A DNA stretch of 64,000 nucleotides from the human T2T-CHM13v2.0 reference genome, Homo sapiens (GCF_009914755.1 NC_060929.1), one strand, 5' to 3'; positions 12,816 through 32,133 are shown, counted from the stretch's first letter. The notes: generated by a model from the sequence alone, not told the origin. Made by a program: numbers and translations.

Positions 12816-15179
12816 TTGGGAACCCTTTCTACATTTCTTTTGACATCTAGCTAGCATAGTTAGTAACTCAGTCATTTCTATCTGCCCATGGTTGTAGAAT
12901 AGAATATATTTCCACTTCCTACTCAACAGATTGATATTACCTTAAACTATACAGGCAATTAATTAATTCAATGATAATTTCTGAACTAAGTCCTTGCCAG
13001 GAACTGAATAGGATTCTTCTTATCCTTAAACATGATTCCCTCAGGCTTAAAAAAACTGTGAGAGAGATTGCATGGCCATTTCTTGTTCTATGGTGGTTAA
13101 ACAAAAGCATTTGGCTTCAAGTTTTGGCAACCTCGTGAACGTCATAGGAACAAAATCACTAAAAGCTGTTCTTTCCTGAAACAAAGTATTACTCATTGGC
13201 AGATGTTATCTGTTAGTAAAAGGTTTGCAACCAGTAAATGCTAGGGATCAAGGTCCTACTTAATACAAAAACCTGACATCATCTGTGTCACTTACAAATC
13301 TGGTATTAATTATTTGATAAGCTTGGGGCTGATTTTGTAACACAGACATTTTGTTGTATGAATGGTGAATGTCAAGGATGACTTATTACCCTGAACACAT
13401 TTAAAAGGAAGGCTAATATAATTTCTTGTAAGAAATACCCAATGGCAGCTGCACGAGAGAGTCAATTACAGTGTTGTATGTGCTACACAGACTTATTTTT
13501 CACAGTCAGAGAGAAGGAAGAATAAGGCACATGAGAATCTCCATAGTGATGATGCTCTTGCATCCCTGATTTTTGGATTACAAATCTAGGGAAAGAAAAA
13601 GAAAACAGGAAAGGGAGGGATATTGCTGAGCAATATGAAAGTGATCTCTTTCGGCCTCCATAATGAATTTATGAGGAGGTTTAAAAGGACCATAAAATAA
13701 CCCTTTAATAGAATATCAGGTTGAGGGATCATGGAGAGGGATATCAACATTATTATAATTTAATGCAGTAGGATTTTCTATCCTAACTGTTTTATTTAAA
13801 AAATATTAAAATAGAAGTTGTTCAGTTTATTGTTTTTTGTAAATACAAAACATGTTGAATGTGTGGCTCATTATGGAAAAAAAAAACCTAAAGCTGAAAC
13901 CAAACTTCATGAGATTGACTAGATAATATGGCACAGAAGTATTTCCTTAAAGCTCAGTTTAAGTTATGGTTATTTATCCCAAAAGGAGAAGTTTAATTCT
14001 GTTTAATATTTGGATTAAACGGAAGGTAAACTGAAGGCAAGCATGGGGTCCCTGCCTCCCTATAAAAGCAGCAATTTATAGAAGGACATGGTGACTCTGA
14101 CAGAAACAGTTCCTTTCTGCTCCTGACTGATTTGTCCTCTGAAAAATTGCCCACATCCTATGTTGACAATTTGCTGACAACATTACTGAGAATGGAGTTT
14201 AGTTTCTAGTAGAGTCACATATCACATAGGCAAACTGGGTACCTGGTTTTTGAACATAAATACATGTTTTCATGGTGGTAGGGGGGTCAACAAGGCAGAG
14301 TGTTAAAAGCATATACCCCAAGTACTTCATAAAATATGCTGAAGTTCAGTCTGCCTCTGAGACCTGGTGTTAGAAATACCGATGAAGTCATGTGCATAAT
14401 AATAAAGTGGCATACAAAGGCCAGAGACTGCTATGGATTCTATTATATGTGGTGTAGCAAGGCTGACCTCTCCAGATACATGCAATGAGGATTCTAGTGT
14501 CCCTTTGAAAATGTTACTTAGTCTTTCTGGGTTTCTATTACCACTCAGTGCAGTGATAACAAAGTAAAAGCCCGTATCATTGCTGTTGAATCAGAATGTG
14601 ATAAGGATTTGAATAAATGACTTAAAAGTTAACCACTGTTCTTGTTCTGATCTTTTTAAAACCTGTTCATGCAATGAGATTGATTTAATCAGAATAAAAA
14701 AGAATCAATATTTGTTGAGAAGTCAATGATAAATACATTGATTTCAGTGAGTTTATATCATTAAATACACATGGCAGTGCCTTTCCCACCATGGTTACTC
14801 CATGCATGAGAGCTTCCATTCCTATTCCTCTTGCTTCTCTTCAGTAGGTTAATACTAAAGCTTGAAGGAAGGGCTCCTCCTCTAGTTACTTTTTATTCCA
14901 CATACCTCAAGAGTAAACTTGACATTTTTATATTTATAATGTAGTAATTAAGAATACTTAAAGTAAAATAAAATGACAAGAATCATAAAGTAGAATTTAG
15001 TTACTTCCCTTACCATTTTATCAGCTAGATTTTATCAAGTTAACTTTTAAAGACACAAAAATTCTCAAAGCTAGAATAACGTCCAAATCTATTAGAGTGG
15101 AATAAAAATTTCTTCAAAATCTGTGTCCAAAAATAGCTAACTAAATTATGGAAAGATTGTCAGTGATGGTTTTTAAAAA

Positions 15180-15770
15180 AGAAATATAGGTAAAATGATC
15201 AAGACATGAAATTTCCACCTATTACATAATTAAATTTAGGAGGTTTGATGATACTGATGGCTGGCAGGTCTGTGGATAGAAGAGCATGTTGGATAAACTG
15301 TTGATGAAAGGATAGAATGGAGAGTCTAGAGATCTATTTGGCCAAGACATTTATTTACCAAGGTATTTATGTAAAATGGTAATTACAAAAAAACTCAGAA
15401 AACTACCTAGTCATCAATCAAATCAGTTAAGTTGTTTTAATGCTACAATAAGTTATTATGGTGCTAATAATATTGAGTTAGGACTTTGTATATTACCAGG
15501 AGAGGATCCTACAAATATATCACAATTCCTCCAAAAAACTAGCAAGATGCAGAACAGCTCATATAACATGACTTCTCATATGAAAATTTGTATTGTTCAA
15601 AATACTTCTTCCTTTAAGAAAACTCGAGAAACAATTAGTAGAAATTTCCTTGGGGAGAGACATCAGAGAGAAGGGCTTTTACCTTCTTCCTGTATTTTTA
15701 TGGATAATTTTAATAACCCATATGTATTTATGGTTTTGTTTAGAAAGTTACCAACAAGGTGAATTGGGTA
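15180..15770 (+). mobile_element. Highly decayed L1ME-like fragment
   Basis: Degenerate similarity to the L1 ORF2 end and 3' UTR (..GATACTGATGGCTGGCAGG..GTAATTACAAAAAAACTCAGAAAACTACCTA..). Confidence 0.45.
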
Positions 15771-15844
15771 TTGAGATTATGATTTTTTTCTTATTCATAA
15801 TTTACTAAAGAATTTCAAATACTTGCTATTTAAAATTAACAACC

Positions 15845-16040
15845 AGTAAGGCCTAACCTGCCTTTTTAGCTCCATTTCTTCCTATGTTTTTCCTTTTCCC
15901 ATTCCTTAACTGGCTACTTTCAGAATGGGTCATATATTTTCATTTCTCTGGGTTTTCTGCTGGGAATATCTTCCTCCTCCTTTGCCAATCTGGTAAACTC
16001 CCCTTTTACTATTTTACACCAACTCAAATACTGTAAGTCC
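15845..16040 (+). mobile_element. L2 fragment
   Basis: CTGGGAATATCTTCCTCC..CTGGTAAACTCCCC..CAACTCAAAT resembles sense L2. Confidence 0.5.
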
Positions 16041-17289
16041 ATTGTACTCTTTGTATTTTTAGTGTTTAACCTTGTGCTTAGAAAATGTTACTTGGTATTA
16101 AGATTTTTCTTAAAATGTTCTAAGTATTATGGCATCTTTGAAAAATAAGCTTAATACTAGAGGAGATGAAGAGAGTTGTTTTTTACATGCTTCTATATGT
16201 GAAGTTTAGAATAGGAACTTTAGCTTATATAGTAAGTCTGTGATATTCAGAATTTTGAAGACACATAATAGCAATAGCATAACAATACTCATGTGCCTAT
16301 TCAGAAACACCTTGCAGAGCAATGTGGCTACACACCAACCCTTCATGCCCGACCTCCCCTGTGTGAAATATCTCTCCCTACTTTTAGCAGACATTGAACG
16401 TGCCAGTGAGAGGTTAGGAATTTTTTTTTTTTTTAATCCTGCAGGGGAGAGGAGCATAGCAGCAGAGCTGAGGGAGAAGTAATCAAGTGCACTGCATGAG
16501 AAATTTGCATTATTATCCAGTAGTAGATTGCTTTGCTTGCCTTGTTTTCACCAGCCCTGTCCCTTGACAATCACCTTCACACTCAGCTGCACTTCATAGC
16601 TTGTTTACCATGTTGCAATGATGTTTACTCCCTAAGTTTATTTGATGTTGGCCATTTGAAAAAATTATCATTTAAATTGGTTCCTGTAACTAATGAGCAT
16701 ATGTTTCATGTGTGTTTCACAGGAATGAGCCGGTGGAAGTATGAGTGTGTGAAGACTCTTTTTGTAGTTATTTTAGCCACAGTAGAATGTCAGATTTTAA
16801 ACTATTTAGGTGCCAAGGGGGAGATCTCCCCTGGCATGACATAATAAAAAGAATTTTGTGGAGATGACAAGAAAACTGAAACCAAAGCTGAGATAATTAT
16901 AAGCTAACTTAAAAAAAATTAAGTCTGAAATGTTTTGAACTTGCTTTGGGACATTTTGAATCTATTGAATGAAGTAATTATTCCCTTCAGACTTGCTAGA
17001 GGGAGACTGCAGGAATGTCAGATTCGTCTCTACAGCTACAGATTGCTGTAGTGAGTTACACTGAATGAAAGTGTGCAGAATATATTATAATTCTCTGTAA
17101 TGATACTGTGGAGGGTGACGCTTGGTACCCAAATCAATGTGATTTGCATATCCCACTCAACTTTGAGAACATGAAATAACTCTACTGAAAGCAAAGCAGA
17201 AAGAGAAGGGTAATTAGGAATGAGTTATGGAATCTGAAATGAAATTCTGCAGAAACAGAGGGAAAAAAACCTTGAAGTGAAAATCAGCC

Positions 17290-17745
17290 ACTTAGCATCT
17301 TTTCAACACTCTTCTGTGGCTCAGCTGAGTGTTTTGGATAAAGATGACTTGTTCTCTCACTAGAGGTAGGCAAGTGAGGAGGGCCTGACTAATCAGAACC
17401 TTGCATTCTCTTGGCTACAATGACTGACTCCTGGATGGGCATGTGACCTGGTAAGACAGCCAGTGAAATGCGGGATACTTGGCAGGAATTGCTGAGAGAA
17501 ATGCATGCTTATTATTCTCTCCAGCCCTAAATTTGCAATTGTGTAGCTCTGACAGCCAACAACAATGAATGAAGCCAAGATCAGAAGAAGGACCAAGTCC
17601 TCAGCCATTGAGATGCTGAGTCAAGCCACAGCTAGAGCTAGAGCTATCCAAGACTTCTTAATAACGTGACCTAATAAATTGCCCTTTTGCTTAGAGATTT
17701 AGGTTGGGCTTTCTGTCATTTGCAATGGAAAGAGTTCTGATATAT
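17290..17745 (+). mobile_element. Old MaLR LTR (MLT1J/K-like)
   Basis: GGATGGGCATGTGACC..AATAAATTGCCCTTTTGCTTA..GTTGGGCTTTCTGTCATTTGCAA..AAGAGTTCTGA 3' end. Confidence 0.6.
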
Positions 17746-18334
17746 GATCATTAGATTGTTTTATCTGAAAATGTACATGTCTTAAAAACATTGAACAAGG
17801 CAATCACTAAAGTTCTTTCCTAAAGATACTGAAATTAGAACCCATAATATCAATGAACTATAAAGGAAGAGATTAGACTGTGGCTGTAAACAATATACCT
17901 GACATCACCTCTGGTTTCTTATCACCTTTTCCAGCTTTGAATGATATTTTCATTACCTGTTCATATGTATATTTTAAATATCACTTTTACTTCTTTTGCT
18001 AGAATGAGTATGGCAATAGACTCACTAAGCAAGCCTGTGTTTAACACTTTTAATAGCCCTTTAAACAAACAAACTGTTTTAGCCCTCTTATTTGGTCAGA
18101 AAGACTACAAAAGCACAAATGGTATTATGGGCATTTTTCAACTCTGTTATTTCATTATAAATGTATTTTATTTAAATAATTTCTTGGCAAATATTCATGA
18201 CTAAAAGGTACCTGCTTCTGGCCTTTATATATACTCACAGTAAACAGAATACACATTTAATGACAAAATGTCTTTTTTATTATACAAGACAACTTTGCAA
18301 GCATTTGCTGTAATAAGAAAACAACACTCAAAAG

Positions 18335-18706
18335 TGTATTAGTCCGTTCTCATGCTGCTATGAAGAAATACTCAAGACTGGGTAATTTATAAGGAAAGAG
18401 GTTTAATTGACTCACAGTTCTGCAGGGCTGGGGAGGCCTCAGGAAACTTACAACCATGGCGGAAAGGGAAGCAGTCACATCCTTCTCCACATGGTAGGAG
18501 GAAAGAGAAGTGCCAAATAAAGGGTGAAAAGCCCTTGATAAAACCATTGGATCTCATGATCACTCACTCACTATCACAAGAACAGATGCGGGTAACCATC
18601 CCCATGATTCAATAAACTTCCACCGGGTCCCTCCCATGACACGTGGGGATGGTGGGAAGTACAACTCAAGATGAGATTTGGGTGGGGATGCAGCCAAACC
18701 ATGTCA
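18335..18706 (-). mobile_element. THE1C/THE1D solo LTR
   Basis: TGTATTAGTCCGTTCTCATGCTGCTATGAAGAAATAC..GGAAACTTACAACCATGG..GATGAGATTTGGGTGGGGA..CAAACCATGTCA. Near-TSD AAAAG/ACAAG. Confidence 0.92.
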
Positions 18707-18849
18707 ACAAGTCTTAGCTTGAGAACTTGATTTTAAGAAAGAGCTTCCAAATGTTGCTCTAGAATTATGGCTATCCTCAATCTAGAGATAATCTTGGAAA
18801 GGAGATATGTATAATTCTCTTTCATATGGTCATTTTTTATAAGGGCAAC

Positions 18850-19400
18850 AACAGAAAATAACTTTAATGCCCATTGCCAAGAGAATTGATAAAAAGTGGT
18901 ATATTAATAAAAGGGAATGTTATATTTGTACAAAACAAATGAAACGCAGCTATACAATAATAACAATTTTATGAAACAGTGAGTGAACAAGTCCATATAG
19001 ACTATCTATGTATACACTGTGATACCATTCTAGAAAGCTAAAAAATTTGCAAAACTAATCAGTATGTTGCTTAGAAATGTATACCCATGTGATATGATTG
19101 TTTTGAAAAATCAAGGGAGTTCATGCTTATAATCTCAGCACTGTGTGAGGCAGAGGCTTGAGGACAGCTTGAGGCCAGGGGTATAAGACCAGCCTGGGCA
19201 ACATAGTGAGACTTCAACTCTACAAATTTTTTTTTTAATTTAAAAAAGCTACAAAAAGCAAGAGAATGATAAAACCAAATTGAGGATGGCAGTTACCTCC
19301 TTTTGGGCAAGAAGTTGGAAAAGGCATTAGTTAAGGGCCATGTAGCTAGCTACCTATGGTATTAGTTTGCTGGTGACATCACTGATGTTTATTTAAATTT
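18850..19400 (+). mobile_element. Decayed L1ME/MC 3' fragment (hosts the Alu monomer; HSMAR2 adjoins)
   Basis: AATGCCCATTGCCAAGAGAATTGATAAAAAGTGGTATATT..GCAAAACTAA..GGCAGTTACCTC. Confidence 0.55.
19119..19252 (+). mobile_element. FLAM / left Alu monomer
   Basis: TCATGCTTATAATCTCAGCACT..TTGAGGCCAGG..AAGACCAGCCTGGGCAACATAGTGAGAC. Degenerate TSD AAAAATCAAGGGAG/AAAAAGCAAGAGAA. Confidence 0.8.
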
Positions 19401-19420
19401 TATGCGTCATAGTTTATATA

Positions 19421-20723
19421 CAAGAGAACTTCAAAAAGTTTATGGAATTAAAGATAAAAACAAAAAATATAAACTTTATTTCTCAAGATAAGCTTCATCA
19501 AGTTCAAGACACATTTGCAAGTGAGGATAGCAGCCATTTAGTCCATTCCTAAAGAACCAAGGGTCTTGGGAATTTAACCTTGTCAATGCACTCTCTTTTA
19601 CATTATTAACTGAAGAAAAATGGGTGCCCTTTAAGGGTTTTTTAAGATTAGGAAACTAAAAGAAGTCAGAAGGAGCCAAATCAGGACTCTAAGGTGGATG
19701 TCTAGTGATTTCTCATGAAAACTCTCACAAAATTGCCCTTGTTTGATGACAGGAATGAGCAGGAGCATTGTCATGGTGGAGAAGCATTCTCTGGTTAAGC
19801 TTTCCTGGGTGTTTTTCTGATAAAGCTTTGGCTGACCTCAGAACTCTCTCATAATAATCAGATGTTATCGTTCTTTGGTGCTCCAGAGTCAACAAGCAAT
19901 ATGCTTTAAGCACCCTAAAAATCTGTTGCCATGACCTTTCTTCTTGACCAGTCTGCTATACCTTTGACTAGACCACTTCCCCCTCTTGGTAGCCATTGCT
20001 TTGATTGTGTTTTGTAAAGCTTCACGATCATACTGGTAAAGCCACGTTCCATCTTCTGTTACAATTCTTCAAAGAAATGCTTCAGGATCTTGATCCCACT
20101 TGTCTAATTTTGCCATTGAAAGCTCTGATCCTACCTGCAGCTGATCTGGGTGCAATGGTTTTAGGACTCAATGCCAAAGTTTTCCACGGAGTTGAAAGTT
20201 TGCTCAACTTTAATTTTGCAGTCAGAATTGTGTAAGCTGAACCAATTGAGATGTCTATAGTGTTGACTGTATTTGCGCTGTTAATCACTGATACTCTTCA
20301 GTTAGGGCACAAACAGAGTTATTATTCTTTTCTCTCAAATTGATATAGATGGTCTGCCAATGTGGGCTTCTACAATGTTGTCTCATCCCTTCTTAAAATG
20401 TGTCCATTTGTAAACTGCTGATTTCTTTGGGGGCATTGTCCCTCTGAACTTTTTGTAAAGCATCAACAATTTCACTATTCTTCCACCCAAGCTTCACCAT
20501 AAATTTCATGTTTGTTCTTACTTCAATTTTAGCAGAATTCATGTTGCTCTGAAAAGGACTTTTTTCAAACTGAGGTCTGATCTTTCCTATTGCCTCAAAC
20601 TAGGTCCTGGTTGGGCATGTTATAATAAGTTAGTATAAGTTTCTTTGGGTACAAAAACATTTTGAATTAATGCATAATTTTTTCATAGTACACATTTTCC
20701 ATGAACTTTTTAAAGACCTCTTA
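19421..20723 (-). mobile_element. Full-length HSMAR2 mariner transposon with inactivated transposase
   Basis: Terminal inverted repeats (TIRs) CAAGAGAACTTCAAAAAGTTTATGGAA and TTCCATGAACTTTTTAAAGACCTCTT, TA flanks, about 1.3 kb. ATG at 20542(-). Motifs LLHHDNAPAHS and P*SPDLAPSDF (Y changed to stop). Confidence 0.93.
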
Positions 20724-21311
20724 TATTTGTCATGTATATTCTTTTGTATGTATCAAATATTACATAATAAAAATTTAAAGATGCTCAATTAACAATGTAT
20801 ATCTGCAAACAGCTTTAACTATGTATGCCTAATAGTTAAGGTATTGTTTGCTGACATACATGCAATTATGTACTTTGAAAATTTATAGGCAAAATTTCTT
20901 CCTGCCATTCAAAACATACTAAAATGAAAGATTTAATTTGGATAAAAATGGATAGTTCTCAAAATCTGGAGAGTCCTCAACATCTCTAGTGCTTCTCTTC
21001 CCGTTTTTCAACATATATCTAACTAGTGGTGAAAGACAGAATGTTGAAAAAGTATGTGAAAAAACTTACTAGCCATGTTTTTCTTTCTAAAGTTTTTTTA
21101 AACTGAACCTGATGAACATGAAATTGCCAAAGTTAACAACCTCCTTTTTTAGTTTGTAAAGAATTATTTTCTTCTTTTTGTTAGTACATATAGATTTATT
21201 TCACTTATTTAATGACTACACATCATTATATCACATCTGATTTCTTTTTGATGAACATTTAATCCATTTCCATTTTATTTTATAATTACAAAAGTGTCAC
21301 AATCAACATTC

Positions 21312-26310
<4,999 letters not shown>

Positions 26311-26324
26311 ATAATTTTCTTAAG

Positions 26325-26610
26325 CAGGATATTATGGGGGTTAGGAACAAAGTCTTCAAATCAGCCTGCCAATGTTCCAATAAATGCTGTGCTGTTTATT
26401 GGTTGTATGATTTTGTGGCAAGTTACTTAACCTCTTTAAACTTCACTTTCTTCATCTGTAAAATGAGGTTAATAATAGTACCTACCTTGCTGAGTTTGAA
26501 GATTAAATGAAACAAATGACTATAATAAAAACAAATGTCTATAATAAACTTGGTCACAGGCCTGGCAGCTAGTAAACATTCAATAGATGTTAATTATTAT
26601 AATTATTATG
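26325..26610 (+). mobile_element. MIR
   Basis: Core GGCAAGTTACTTAACCTCT..TTCTTCATCTGTAAAATGAGG..AATAGTACCTACC..GATTAAATGA. Confidence 0.85.
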
Positions 26611-27200
26611 TCAGCAAGCATACTAGGAAAAGGTGGTAAAAAAGTATTCTTAAATATCAGAGAGAAAAAAAATCACTTGCTCTCTCTAGATTAAGACCTT
26701 GGATGTACACTTACATTTGAGTGGTAGAAAGTGCAAAAAGAGAGCCAAACACCCCTATTGCAGAGTTTTCTCTCTTAGCTTGCAATACTTGAAGTTAATG
26801 TGTGTTCTATGAAGGAAGAGAAAGAAGTTTGATAAATCTGTCTACACTTATTATTCATAATTCAGGACATATGACAGCTTAAACAAAAAACTGATAACAG
26901 AACTGTATTGTACTTTGAAATTCTATACTAGTCCTTAAAATCTACTATATGAAAATATTAATGAGGAAACCCCTCAACTCAACTTTGTAAGCCTAGCATA
27001 CATGTATATACAATCATGTTTTTCTTTTAACATTGCACACATTCCATTATCTGCTTCAGCAAACAGCTTATAGAGTGAATTAAAATAAGTCAATAGTCAG
27101 AAAACAACAAAAATACCAATGTAATAATGGCCTTGGTCACACACAAAAAAGATACATTTTGACAATTTAACAATATCCTGTACTTGACAAAATTCATTCT

Positions 27201-28934
27201 TAATGATTTTTATTTTTAATTGATACATAATAATTGCACATCTAAATGGAATACATGTGATATTTTGATATAAGCATACAATGTGGAATGACTAAATCAG
27301 GTTAACTGGCATATCCATAAATCATTTATCATTTCTTTGTGTTAGGAATATTCAAAATCCTCTCTTCCAGCTATTTTGAAATATATAATAAACTAGTATT
27401 AATTATAGTCACCTTATTGTGCTATAGAATACTAGAATTTATATCTCCTATCTGATGGTAACTTTACCCATTAACTAACCTCCTTCTGTCCCCCACTTAC
27501 TACTACCCTTCCCAACTTCCAGTGACCACCATTCTGTCTACTTCTGTAGGATCAACATTTTCAGCTCCTATATGTGAGTGATAACATGTTTTTTGTCTTT
27601 CTGTGACTAGCCTATTTCACCTAACATAATGTTCCCCAGGCTTATCCATGTTGCCACAAATAACAGGATTTCATTATTATTGTGGCTGAATAATATTCTA
27701 TTGTGCATATATACCACATTTTCTTTATCCATTCTTCCATTGATGGGCACTTAACGTTTATTCTATCTCTTGATTATTGCGAATAGTGCTGCAATAAACA
27801 TGGGCATACAAATATCTCTTCAACATACTGATTTCTTCAAAATATACTTAGTAGTGGGATTACTAGATCATATGATATTTCTTTTTTTAGATTTTTGAGG
27901 AAATGCCATGCTGTTTTTCATGTCTGCACTAATTTACATTCTTATCTACGGTATATAAGAGTTCTCTTTTCTCTGCATCCTCACCAGCACTTGCTATATT
28001 TTGTCTTTTGGGTCATAATCATTTTAATTGGGGTCAGATAATGTCTCATTGTGGTTTTGATTTGCATTTCTCTGATGATTAATGATCTTGAGCATTTTGT
28101 TGTAAACCAGTTAGTCATTTTGTATGTTGTCTTTTGAGAAAAGCCTATTAAAATCATTTTCCCAGTTTTAATCAGATTATTATTATTATTATTGCTGGTG
28201 CTGTTACTTGTTTGAGTTCTTTATATATTTTGGATATTAATTTCTCATCAGATGGATAGTTTGAAAATACTTTCTTCCATTCTGCAGATTGTCTCCTCAC
28301 TCCATTGATTGTTTCCTTTGCTGCACAGAAACTGTTTAGTTTTGTGTAATCTCATTTGTCTATTTTTGTTCTTGTTGCCTGTGGGCTTCAGAGGTCTTAT
28401 CCAAAAAATCTTTGTCTAGACCAATTTCTTGAAGTGTTTTCCCTGTGTTTTCTTCGAGTAGTTTTATTGTTTTGGGTCTTTCATTTAAGTCTTTAATCCA
28501 TTTTGAGCTGATTTTCATATGTGGTGAGAGATAGGGGTCTAATTTGCATCTTCTGCATATGGATATCTGGTTTTCCAAGCACCATTTGTTAAGGAGGCTG
28601 TCCTTCCTTCAGTGTTTGTTTACATGTACCCCATTTATATGTGGAAATAAATCCACAAATGTTGGCACCTTTGTGGATTTATTTCTCTGTTCTCTGTTCT
28701 GTTGCATTGGTCTATGTGTCTGTTTTTATGCCAGTGCCATGATGTTTTGGTTACTATAGCTTTGAAGTATATTTTGAAGTCAGGTAGTGTGATGCCTCCA
28801 GATTTGTTCTTTTTACTCAAGATTGCTTTGGCTATGTGAGCTTTTTGTGTGTGATTAAGTACAAATTTTAGGATTGTTTTATCTATTTCTGTGAAGGGAT
28901 TGCACTGAATCTGTAGATTGCTTCGGATAGTAAG
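27201..28934 (-). mobile_element. 5'-truncated L1MA
   Basis: L1MA 3'UTR (TTTTTAATTGATACATAATAATTG..). ORF2 peptides [21 protein letters not shown] and [41 protein letters not shown] at 27190-27200 and 28935-28945. Confidence 0.9.
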
Positions 28935-31900
28935 AAATTCATTCTGACTGTGGGCATCACATAAAATAGAAAGACACAAAATACTATTTTGACATTATAT
29001 TCTATCATTGTAAATATTCAAATACAAATTTAATCGATTAACATTTTTAAACATTCGCCACTTCTACTATCAAACATAGATATTTTCTCTGTGTTTTAAA
29101 TGCATAATTTTGTAATGAGCAGCTGTGAGTTATCTGAAATTTGCCTCTGGGAAAAGTGTAACCACTCAATAAAGAAACATTTAGTTGTAGTTGCAACTAA
29201 GTTGTTCTTCTTCCAGAGAAGTGACTCTTCTATTTACATGAAAGTCAAGATTTAAAAAAAAAGCTTTAAAAATATCCAATGCATAGTTCTGCACAGTGCC
29301 TTTTATTGCAGTAGCATATTTGTTTCTTTTATTCACTAGATAATGTGTTTGGAATTTTTCTACTATGTTACCGTTAAATTGTTGCATTAAGTTGTCTACA
29401 GAAAAAAAAAAGAGATTAAGCCAGATTTTTCAGGTGTTTCATCCGTCAGTATGCTGCAGAGAAGCAACATTTGTGTGAAGTGTCCTACCAAAGCTTTGCA
29501 AGGATCAGTCTCACTTCTATAATTTAGCACTTGAAAACAAACTTTGTGAGCTCTTCTGATAGTTGGTGCATTTCTTGAGGTTGGAAACTCATCTTATGCA
29601 TCATGTATCTCCCACATACAGCATAATGCCTGGTACTAGTCCTCAAACATTTGCTGCCTTATAAATCGGAAGAGAACAAATAAAAAAACAGAGTAAAGCA
29701 GTGTTACAGATTTTTTTTTATATATATTGAAACCAGTTATCTGCAGTTACTTAAAGGCAGAAAAGAGACCTAGAACTGTGGGTCATCTGGATAAAAGTTA
29801 CACTCCATTCAAACACCTTTGTTGCATGCCTGCTGCAGTCCAGGCACAGAGCTGGCTACCCACACAAGTACATCATTTCTGAATCACATGCACTTGGGCC
29901 TTGCTTTGCGCTGTGAAGACCTATTTGTGGTCTTGATGAAGAAGCAAATAAAAATGTATTTGATCTTCTTTCTCGAGGGTCATTATGAACCAAATTGAAA
30001 TACCTCTAAAGTTCAGAAAAGTTCACCCAAGCTTTCCTTTGTTTGCTGTAATTCCTGTTTCTTTCTGACCTTCCTGAGTTCACAAAACTTTTGTTCCAAA
30101 TAGACTCAATGATGTAACAAAAAGTCTTTAATCTAATTTCAAGATGGATAAGTTCCTGAGTGTGCTGCAGTTTGGGAGGGTAGGTTTTAGTGTGATTTAC
30201 AGTGTGAAATCTACCTCAAACATCATAAAAGTGAATTTGTCCCATGATTGATTCAGAATTAAGTTGCAGTTGCATATTTTAACTTTTGGGCTTCTAGTAA
30301 AAGAATTAGTTTCTCTTTCCCATTTTCACAAACTGCATGAAAGCGTTTTATTTCTCTTTGGCTTCCTGAAGGGTACAATTGGAATAGATCTTCATTTGCT
30401 TGGCTTTCTCTACTTATGTTTGACATTTTGAGCTTTACCTATTGGTTATTTCATTCACTTGAGAAGCAATCTCAAGCAATATCAGTGTGTGTTTATGTTT
30501 CTTTGTGCATGTACCTGTGTGTGCGTGTACATGTGTGTAAACTGATGGACATTCTGAGCAGGTAGGGTCTATACTGTTTGGTATTCTGTTTCACTATTGT
30601 GTTTTGAAACTCCAATTCAAGACAATAGGGAAAACCTCACCAATATGAAAGCATGGATCACCACTATCTGAACCAGTTTGAGTTATCTGATGCTTTAATT
30701 AAATAATAAGGGAGCATCTATTTGGCTGAGGAATCAGAGCTATTTAGAATTGGGGGCCATTTTTACTAGACCCATATTGACTTAATGAGGTTTATCTGTG
30801 TGTTTCCCCAAAGAATAAAATCGAGTGAAAAAGCATTGTTTACATCAAGCGTAGCTCGTCTCTTACCACCTCCACCACCCCCCAGTTCCAATTCCAAGTC
30901 CAATTTCTAGTTTCATCTCCTATAATGAGGTCCAAGAAGATCTATATACTGAGCCCAACTTGACCATTTTTTCATTACTGTGTGAACAGTATCTTTACAC
31001 TCTAATGTCTAATTTGGAATCCCAATAAGATTCATAAATTTGAGTCTAAGTAAAATGATAGGATTTCAAACAAGTATTTATTTTTTGAGCCACATCATCA
31101 CAGGCTTATACAAAAAAAGTTTTTATGTGTTTAAGTGTGTATATAGGTAATCATGGGTAGATTACACAAGGACCTTATTTAAGATCTTAGAGAAATTTCT
31201 GCTTATGTTTACATAAGTAGGGCTTCCCTATGAATGCTTGTCTTCTCTAGAAGAAGAATTGATCCACTCATGAGATCCTCTCAGGTGCTGCCTAGGATAT
31301 CAACACAGGCTTTGCCAAGCTACCAATGCAAATTTGGATTTTAGAAAACTTGAGGTTGTGGGGTGAAATAATGTCTTTCCTGGCTAAGAATGCATTAATG
31401 TAATTTCTTGCTTTGAAGTAATCTCTGGTAAATTTATTTTTGTAGTAGCAAGTACTTCTTAAAAATGGGTTCTTTTTTTTTTGCTATGTCCATGTGAATT
31501 TTTTTTGAGTCCCAAGACCAGAAGCCAAGGCAAGGGATCTTTCTTGAATGTCAACCACAGGCGTTTTGCACTTGCTGTCTCTTCAAGTCCCCCAGACAGT
31601 TCTGGAGGGCAAGAAGACTTCTCACTGATAAAGTTGCTGAAGATCTAGAGATAAGGCACCTATCTGAAGACACCCAGGTGTTAAATGAAGGTGTGGAATA
31701 TGAACCCAAATCTAATTTTTGAGCTGTTTGTTTTCCACTGCACTGTCTGAAGGTCTCTGCTGGGATTTGGGGGATGTGATCTCAGTATGAAGAGGTAGTA
31801 TGTGAAAAAGAGATTATTTGAGGATGATGGTTGGCCAAAATTTGTAAGGTGGTGAGAAAGGATGCTTTTCTGACTTAAAAATGAATCCATGCTGATGCTA

Positions 31901-32131
31901 AGCAGAATCTTTGATAGGAAATTTTGTTCCTTCTACTCACAGGGTTGGTTTTGCAATCAATCTATAAAGAAGTCAGTAAGTAGTCATAGGTGATGTGTTG
32001 TAAACCATAAATCAAACTGCAAATGACCATGTGATTTTCTCTTTGCTTCTTCTTCCTATGGGAGTCATTTTGGTTTTGTAGGGTGTGCTCTTCACTGCAA
32101 AGTAGTTATTCTCCTCTTCCTTGTTCTTGTG

Positions 32132-32133
<2 letters not shown>

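Noticed and set aside
15376-15762. 128-aa ORF
   Set aside because: Lies in decayed AT-rich L1-like sequence with no recognisable protein features.
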